Of a stretch of DNA of 64,000 nt, positions 58,470 through 64,000 are shown piece after piece (the first letter of the stretch is position 1; each line of letters opens with the position of its first letter). Source of the stretch: Bdellovibrionota bacterium. Its GTDB lineage: Bacteria > Bdellovibrionota_C > UBA2361 > CALJRW01. Both the position numbers and the translations under genes were made by a program. The notes beneath the pieces are model-generated. The model was not told the DNA's origin, did no database searches, and saw nothing but the letters and a program-made list of their open reading frames with translations. The DNA lies in contig JBGSMD010000046.1 in NCBI GenBank assembly GCA_041740355.1, forward strand, positions 19,950 through 83,949. Direction: 5' to 3'.

Positions 58470-59600
58470 ATGCTTAGATCAACAAGTACTTTATTATCAG
58501 ATTTAAATCTTAGTGGACTGGCCGACATTCTTAGTAGACTGAACTTAGCGAGCTATCACCAAACAAGAAATTATTTAGATGGCGCTGTTTCTGGGTTATC
58601 ACCGCTAATTACTCACGGGGCTATTACAATACCTGATATCATAGATAACTTAGAAAAGTTTCCTCTTAAAGATCGTGCTGGATTCATCTTTCAACTTGGA
58701 TGGCGAGAGTATTTTCAAAAGATATGGCAAGATTATAATCCACTTGAAGAATTAAGAGATAACTATAAAAAGAAATTATTTTCTGGTGTTCCGATCCCGA
58801 TTATAGAGCGAAATACAGGTCTGGAAATAATTGATCAAGAATTATCAACGTTAATCAGTACTGGCTATATTCATAACCATTCACGTTTATGGATTGCTAG
58901 TTTGACCACTCATATCTATCAGGGAAATTGGAAGGACTCGGCTACTTGGATGTATTATCATTTACTTGATGGTTGCCCCGCCAGTAATTTTCTTTCCTGG
59001 CAATGGGTTTACGGAAGCTTTAGCAGTAAGCCATATTTGTTTAATCAAGATAACTTAAATAAATATTCCAAATCTAATCAGATGAGAACATTTATTGATT
59101 GTGATTACTCGGTAATTCCAAATTTGAAATTATCGGTTCCGATGAAACCATTTGTGACTGAAAGTTTAATCGACGAGTGTCAACTTGCATTAATGAGTCT
59201 TTCGACAATAAAAAAGGAGCAAATTGTTAAGTCATCTGAGATTCTATTGTACTCAATTTTTACTCTTGATGCTAATTGGAGGTCTGAATCTTCCGGATTA
59301 AGAGTCTTGTGGTTAGATCCAAAGTTTTTTTATGAGTATCCGATTAGTCCAAAGAGAGTAGAATTTATCCAAAGTTTAATAAACAGAATTCCAAATCTAT
59401 CTGTTTATTATGGGGAACTGTTAGAAGATGACTTAACTCACCAAAAAGTATTTTTAAAAGATCATCCGATATTTAAAGAATGGAAGATTAAAAAGGATAC
59501 CGATAGTTACATTCTTCCGGATGTCACTGTTAGCAAAGATCGCAGTTATTTTTGGTATTGGAAAAGAATTGCCAAGCAATTAGGAATTAATTACCCTTAG
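58470..59600 (+). CDS. Cryptochrome/photolyase-family FAD-binding-domain protein (no canonical N-terminal photolyase domain)
   Basis: GYIHNHSRLWIASLTTHIYQGNWKDSATWMYYHLLDGCPASNFLSWQWVYG resembles the FAD_binding_7 core (GYMHNRLRM...DADxASNNGGWQW). Confidence 0.55.
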   Translation: MLRSTSTLLSDLNLSGLADILSRLNLASYHQTRNYLDGAVSGLSPLITHGAITIPDIIDNLEKFPLKDRAGFIFQLGWREYFQKIWQDYNPLEELRDNYKKKLFSGVPIPIIERNTGLEIIDQELSTLISTGYIHNHSRLWIASLTTHIYQGNWKDSATWMYYHLLDGCPASNFLSWQWVYGSFSSKPYLFNQDNLNKYSKSNQMRTFIDCDYSVIPNLKLSVPMKPFVTESLIDECQLALMSLSTIKKEQIVKSSEILLYSIFTLDANWRSESSGLRVLWLDPKFFYEYPISPKRVEFIQSLINRIPNLSVYYGELLEDDLTHQKVFLKDHPIFKEWKIKKDTDSYILPDVTVSKDRSYFWYWKRIAKQLGINYP

Positions 59601-60380
59601 TAGTTGGTCATGAACTAGGCCATTACTAATCAGGCCTGGTTTGGTAGAATTTCTTAAGACAAATGGACTTCCATCAAAGCTACTACATTTTCCACCGGCT
59701 TCTTCTACGATTAATACCATGGCAGCAATGTCATAGGCATTATAACCCATGATGGTGTAAGCTACGGCATTGCCTAAGGCGACAGTAGCAGCTTCACAAA
59801 CAGCGGCACCAAAGTTTCTAGTTCGCCCTACTTCCGGCATTAGTTTTTTAACCATAGCAAACCAATTTTTATTATACTCATCTTGAGCAGTTAGGGTTTT
59901 GCCTAAGTTTAATCCATTATTGATCACCATTGCTGTTTTTAAGTCAGAGTATTTGCTGACCGCAAGTTTTTGATCATTACAAAATGCGCCATGGCCTTTT
60001 AATGCTGAAAAAAACTGGTTCATCATGGGGCAATCTACAACTCCTAGTTGCAGCACACCTTCGTATTCCATCGCGATAGAAACTCCCCAAAGTGGCAGCC
60101 CCGCAGCATAATTGGCAGTACCGTCAATTGGATCAACGTGCCATTGATAAGGGCTGGAGGTATTGAAGTCGACTCCTTCCTCAGTTACTAGTCCATGAGT
60201 TGGAAAGTGTTTTAGGATTTCTTCGCGAATTAAAATATCGCAAGCTAGATCAGCCTCTGTTACTAAGTCCTTGGGATTTTTTTCAATAATTTGATTGAGC
60301 TTTGGACGCATTGAAACAGCAAGTTTACCTGCAACCTGAGCAATATTTTTTGCAACAATAAATTCTTGGTTGAAATCCAT
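59580..60380 (-). CDS. Inositol monophosphatase family protein (SuhB/CysQ-like)
   Basis: WHVDPIDGTANYAAGLPLWGVSIAM and the C-terminal WDIAAMVLIVEEAGG. Confidence 0.85.
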   Translation of the reverse strand: MDFNQEFIVAKNIAQVAGKLAVSMRPKLNQIIEKNPKDLVTEADLACDILIREEILKHFPTHGLVTEEGVDFNTSSPYQWHVDPIDGTANYAAGLPLWGVSIAMEYEGVLQLGVVDCPMMNQFFSALKGHGAFCNDQKLAVSKYSDLKTAMVINNGLNLGKTLTAQDEYNKNWFAMVKKLMPEVGRTRNFGAAVCEAATVALGNAVAYTIMGYNAYDIAAMVLIVEEAGGKCSSFDGSPFVLRNSTKPGLISNGLVHDQLLRVINS

Positions 60381-60412
60381 AAGCTTTTCCAGATAAATGA
60401 TTAGAGTTGATA

Positions 60413-61423
60413 CTAGTTTACTAGTTTCGTTTTTTTCTTAGCAGTATATTTAAGTTTTTCAGTATAAACCAATTTATAATTTTTGATTGTGGCTTTCATG
60501 ATCTGTTCAAATGCTTTCATCTCACCATTCGGACGATAAAGTACTTTCCCCGGTTTAGAGTTCATTTCAATCATATAGGCTCTACCATTTGGATCTAACA
60601 TAAAATCAGCAGTTAGCATGCTATAAGGATATTTATTGATTACTTTCTCAACGAGAATCCAAGCTTTCAGTACTGCCTGGGGAACTTCTGATTTTTTAAG
60701 AATCATCATTTTTGCACCACGAGAAAAATTAGAGAACAAGCTACCGTTAGTGGCTACCCGAGTATAATAATGAAGCACTTCTCCATTTGCATAGACTACA
60801 CGATAGTCCTGAACTGGGTGTTTAGTAGTGATAAATTCTTGAAGTAAGTAATTTGGTTTAATATCTAATTTTAAGGCATCCTTCTTTAAAAGGATCTCAA
60901 CGTTTTTAGCACTGCTTCCTTCTCGGGGCTTAATTACTACTTTCTCTGAGTTGATTAAATTTATTTTTGCTTTTAGTTCCTCATTTGAATTGATTAAAAT
61001 AGTCTTTGGGTAGAGTGCTTTAAATTTCAAATAGTTTTTGTACTTATCAACTAGTAACATTTCCAAGTCGAAAGGATTGGCGGCAAACATTTTCTTCTTG
61101 GCGAAGAATTTTTTAAAGGGCATCAGTTTTGGTTTGTTTACTGATAAGTCATGAATAATATCAGCTTTGATATCAGAGACACGAATCCAACCCATCAGTG
61201 GATCAAGATACCACGCCTTAGTGAATAGTCCTGTTTTCGTATCATACCAGCGATAGTCAGCGCGTATAATGCTGATGTTTTCTTTTTTGGCAAAAGGAAT
61301 AAATTGTTGATAGTAAAACTCTGATTCTTTTTTGTAGATTCCCATTCTAGCGAAGATTGGATTGGTCCACTTCATAACAACGCAATTTGCTACAGTAAAT
61401 GGTGGTAATTTATTCTGGTTCAT
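60413..61423 (-). CDS. ATP-grasp fold protein (YheC/YheD- or RimK/TTL-like)
   Basis: VIKPREGSSAKNVEILL, LLQEFI, DYRVVYANGEV, DFMLDPNGRAYMIEMNSKPG. Confidence 0.6.
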   Translation of the reverse strand: MNQNKLPPFTVANCVVMKWTNPIFARMGIYKKESEFYYQQFIPFAKKENISIIRADYRWYDTKTGLFTKAWYLDPLMGWIRVSDIKADIIHDLSVNKPKLMPFKKFFAKKKMFAANPFDLEMLLVDKYKNYLKFKALYPKTILINSNEELKAKINLINSEKVVIKPREGSSAKNVEILLKKDALKLDIKPNYLLQEFITTKHPVQDYRVVYANGEVLHYYTRVATNGSLFSNFSRGAKMMILKKSEVPQAVLKAWILVEKVINKYPYSMLTADFMLDPNGRAYMIEMNSKPGKVLYRPNGEMKAFEQIMKATIKNYKLVYTEKLKYTAKKKTKLVN

Positions 61424-61605
61424 TGATTTAGAGTTTTAACTTTTGTTACTTCTGGAAGACTATAATCGAGCGCTCCTCTAGTACCTATTACTAGATTATT
61501 TAGCTCCGCTTGCAAGATGCTAATTCGCTTTTGGTATTTAAGGTCTGTAAGGCCATTTGTTATTTGGTAGGGGTCGGCTAACATATTATAATACTCTAAA
61601 ATCAA
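61420..61605 (-). CDS. Small 61-aa protein translationally coupled (ATGA overlap) to the ATP-grasp gene
   Basis: MILEYYNMLADPYQITNGLTDLKYQKRISILQAELNNLVIGTRGALDYSLPEVTKVKTLNQ. Its stop overlaps the ATP-grasp start codon. Confidence 0.45.
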   Translation of the reverse strand: MILEYYNMLADPYQITNGLTDLKYQKRISILQAELNNLVIGTRGALDYSLPEVTKVKTLNQ

Positions 61606-61697
61606 AGCCTAGATCCTCAGAAATCAATAAAAGTACGTTCGGTAACTTTTCTGCTAAGGTAACATTGGCAATAAAAAGTATGAGAATAGCTAAATAT

Positions 61698-62531
61698 TTA
61701 AACAATATGACTACTATTATTAAAATCTAACTCCTGGACTAATTTAATATTCTGTAGCAGATGTTCGGGATTTATGGTGCCAGCAACAAGGCTTTTCACT
61801 CCTTGATGTTGAAGGGCTGCTTGAAAACATTTTCTTAAGCTTGTCTGGGGACTCTTAGAATCTAAATGTCCTGATAATAACCCCTTTTTAACAGTGATAG
61901 ATTTTCCTAAAAACTCAGCATTCTCGATTACGGATAGGTGCTCTTGGTAATCAGGATTGAATGGAATCATTGCTATATCCGAATTTTCTAAAGCGAAAAG
62001 TCCACCAGCAACAGAGTGAGTGGATGCTCCATAAGATCTAATTAGGCCTTTCTTTTTAAGTTCTGCTAAGGTTTCTAAAGCAGCACTTGTTTGCATTGTT
62101 TCTAAATCATTCCGTGGCAAGTGTAGTAATACTGTATCTAGGTAGTCAGTCTTTAAGCGCTTAAGACTGCGCTCAATGCTAAAGATTAAATGTTCTTTAG
62201 AAAAATTATAAGTAGAATTTTCACCATCAAATTCTTCGCCAACTTTTGTAGAAAGTATAAACTCTGTGCGTTTTCCGACAAGGAGTTTGCCAATTCTTTC
62301 TTCGGCAATTCCATAAGCGGGAGCTAGATCGATTAAATTAATTCCATGTTCTAAGCAGATGGTGATTAACTTTAAAACTGTAGCATCGTCAGGTAAAGGA
62401 AAACCATCTGGTGTTTTGTTTTTCACCATGAAATTTCTACCAACCTTTACTGTGCCCCAGCTTAGTACCGACACTTCGATTCCAGTATTGCCTAGTTGAC
62501 GCTTTGCTATTGCCATTTCGTGTCCTCCCAA
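61698..62531 (-). CDS. Aldo/keto reductase family oxidoreductase
   Basis: GINLIDLAPAYG, the catalytic Tyr/Lys context (ILSTKVG), and the overall (alpha/beta)8 pattern. Confidence 0.8.
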   Translation of the reverse strand: MGGHEMAIAKRQLGNTGIEVSVLSWGTVKVGRNFMVKNKTPDGFPLPDDATVLKLITICLEHGINLIDLAPAYGIAEERIGKLLVGKRTEFILSTKVGEEFDGENSTYNFSKEHLIFSIERSLKRLKTDYLDTVLLHLPRNDLETMQTSAALETLAELKKKGLIRSYGASTHSVAGGLFALENSDIAMIPFNPDYQEHLSVIENAEFLGKSITVKKGLLSGHLDSKSPQTSLRKCFQAALQHQGVKSLVAGTINPEHLLQNIKLVQELDFNNSSHIV

Positions 62532-63691
62532 GGGTAATTACCAATCTGTGGCGAGTTTAACTTTAAATTCTCAGAGGAGTTACTGCTTGTAAGTTTTTGT
62601 TTTTCTAAGGCACTTAATAGTTTGTGAGTAATGGCAGGAGCAAAGGTTAGTTTGGTTGGCCAGGCAAGCATGGTGTTACTTTTTTCCATAATAGCCGGAC
62701 CTTCGGGGAGGAATCCATTACTGGTATAAGGCTCGGCCCGATCAATTAATAATGTTGACCATTTCTTGCTATCCCAATTAATAAATGGAAATAAAGTTTT
62801 CAATTCTTGTTTTGCAAAATCGATAGCGACTTCATCACTGTCTTCAATATGTTTTACTGCAACTAGACCACCTAAATACCAAGTGAATTTTCCATTTGCT
62901 TTAGGGTGCGCTGACACAGTGACTCTGGGCCTTGGATCAATAGTAATGCAGTGGGCGTATAGTGGATATTCAATATCATCAACCAGAATTTGCTTTAATG
63001 GACGTCTTTGAGTTGTTTTTTTGTTAGGCCAAAGCTTAGCAGCTATTTCTTCGTTACCCAGGCCAGCTGTAAAAATAAACTGATCGGCAGTGAGTTCTAA
63101 CGTCTGCACGCCTTGTGTAATAACTAGTGATTCTAATTTTTCGTTTTTTACATTTAATTCTAAATGATCAATCTTGAGGATCTGTTCTAAGTAGTTTCTA
63201 CTAAGAGCTTCAGCAACACTTTGAATATCCAAAACTACTTCATCTAACTGATAGATCTTACCTTTAAATTTTTTATGTGCTTGGAAAATTTCTGGCCAAT
63301 GCTCTTTTGGTAAACTATCAACTCGGGAGTTCATTGCTTTAGAAGCAAAAAAAGAAGTTACGTTTGCGGTTAATCCGCCGGGTGACCACATGTATTGTTT
63401 AGAACTTAAAATTTTGGCTGAACTTAAATCGGGAGTAATTTCACCTTTTAGTGCTTGATCCCAAATTCCGGGCATAGCAGAAATAGATTCTGAATGGCTA
63501 CTTAGTGCGCCTTGCAAGGCGTAACGTTGTCCACCGTGAATCATTCCTTGGGAGGCTAGGCTTTGAAGTCCACCAATAGCATTTTTTTCTAGAAGAATTA
63601 CATCGTACCCCTTAGTTTTTAGAACATTAAAGCTCCAAAGCCCGGCAATGCCTGCTCCAACGATAATAATTTGATGGTGAGATGAATTCAT
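62507..63691 (-). CDS. FAD-dependent oxidoreductase
   Basis: The N-terminal Rossmann motif is HQIIIVGAGIAGLWSFNVL. It overlaps the AKR gene by 25 nt. Confidence 0.75.
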   Translation of the reverse strand: MNSSHHQIIIVGAGIAGLWSFNVLKTKGYDVILLEKNAIGGLQSLASQGMIHGGQRYALQGALSSHSESISAMPGIWDQALKGEITPDLSSAKILSSKQYMWSPGGLTANVTSFFASKAMNSRVDSLPKEHWPEIFQAHKKFKGKIYQLDEVVLDIQSVAEALSRNYLEQILKIDHLELNVKNEKLESLVITQGVQTLELTADQFIFTAGLGNEEIAAKLWPNKKTTQRRPLKQILVDDIEYPLYAHCITIDPRPRVTVSAHPKANGKFTWYLGGLVAVKHIEDSDEVAIDFAKQELKTLFPFINWDSKKWSTLLIDRAEPYTSNGFLPEGPAIMEKSNTMLAWPTKLTFAPAITHKLLSALEKQKLTSSNSSENLKLNSPQIGNYPWEDTKWQ

Positions 63692-63767
63692 GTTTCTAGT
63701 TAGGAAATTACTTGGTTAGTTCTTATAGTACTACAATATTTTGATAAATTATGCGATTCTCTGACTT

Positions 63768-64000
63768 ATGTCTAAGTTGCGAATTACGGAATCTCTCAGT
63801 CAGGAATTAATGGAAGCTGCCTTGATCGAAGCCAGGAAGGCGGCCCTTGTGGAGGAAGTGCCAGTAGGTGCTGTTGTCTATTATCAAGATCGGATTATCG
63901 CGCGCGCTCACAATTTAGTAGAAATACAAAAGGATAGCTCGGCTCATGCCGAAATCTTAGCAATTAAAATGGCCGCCGAAGTTTTAGGAGATTGGCGCTT
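63768..64000 (+). CDS. tadA: tRNA-specific adenosine deaminase TadA (5' part; runs off the window)
   Basis: EVPVGAVVYYQDRIIARAHNLVE...SAHAEILAI (the HAE zinc-binding motif). Confidence 0.8.
   Translation, partial: MSKLRITESLSQELMEAALIEARKAALVEEVPVGAVVYYQDRIIARAHNLVEIQKDSSAHAEILAIKMAAEVLGDWR

Overview
This is a roughly 64 kb chromosomal window from a low-GC (about 37-40% by eye), diderm-type bacterium. The diderm call rests on a secretin, periplasmic Cu/Zn SodC, a MacB/Lol-type ABC exporter with an AttH-like partner, lytic transglycosylases and many lipoproteins. The gene content would fit a Bdellovibrionota-like organism, but I cannot name a species from sequence alone.

The backbone is housekeeping and is densely packed with genes on both strands. 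In order: cinA (partial), an M23 peptidase, ruvX-mltG, a MoxR-DUF58-BatA-N-BatA/VWA aerotolerance-like operon, trxB, an RluA-family gene, rnhA, two tandem SLT-domain transglycosylases, mnmG, a secretin followed by two lipoproteins, accB-accC-DUF1573, a J-domain membrane protein, SRP RNA-dnaX-ybaB-recR, tRNA-Asn(GTT), upp, sodC, an attH-ABC exporter locus, a photolyase-like FAD protein, an IMPase, an ATP-grasp cassette, and tadA (partial).

The accessory content is what stands out.
- A roughly 205-nt structured, terminator-ending element occurs twice (10957-11165 and 34424-34621). Its stems carry compensatory substitutions between the copies.
- A dispersed family of about 80-90 bp intergenic repeats with an AT-rich hairpin core (GAAAGyCCAAAAAGTAATTTA...AAATTACTTTTTGG) occurs in five copies.
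- A higher-GC segment sits just downstream of tRNA-Asn. It carries a lipoprotein, a VIT/CCC1 transporter, a start-codon-less ORF6N (mobile-element-type) relic, and a membrane protein with a spermidine-synthase-like domain.
- An SD-led 41-aa membrane ORF lies next to the tRNA.
- There is a cluster of large GT-C-like membrane proteins, and an ATP-grasp gene with a translationally coupled small ORF.

All coordinates that I derived by hand, rather than from the supplied ORF track, may be off by 1-2 nt.
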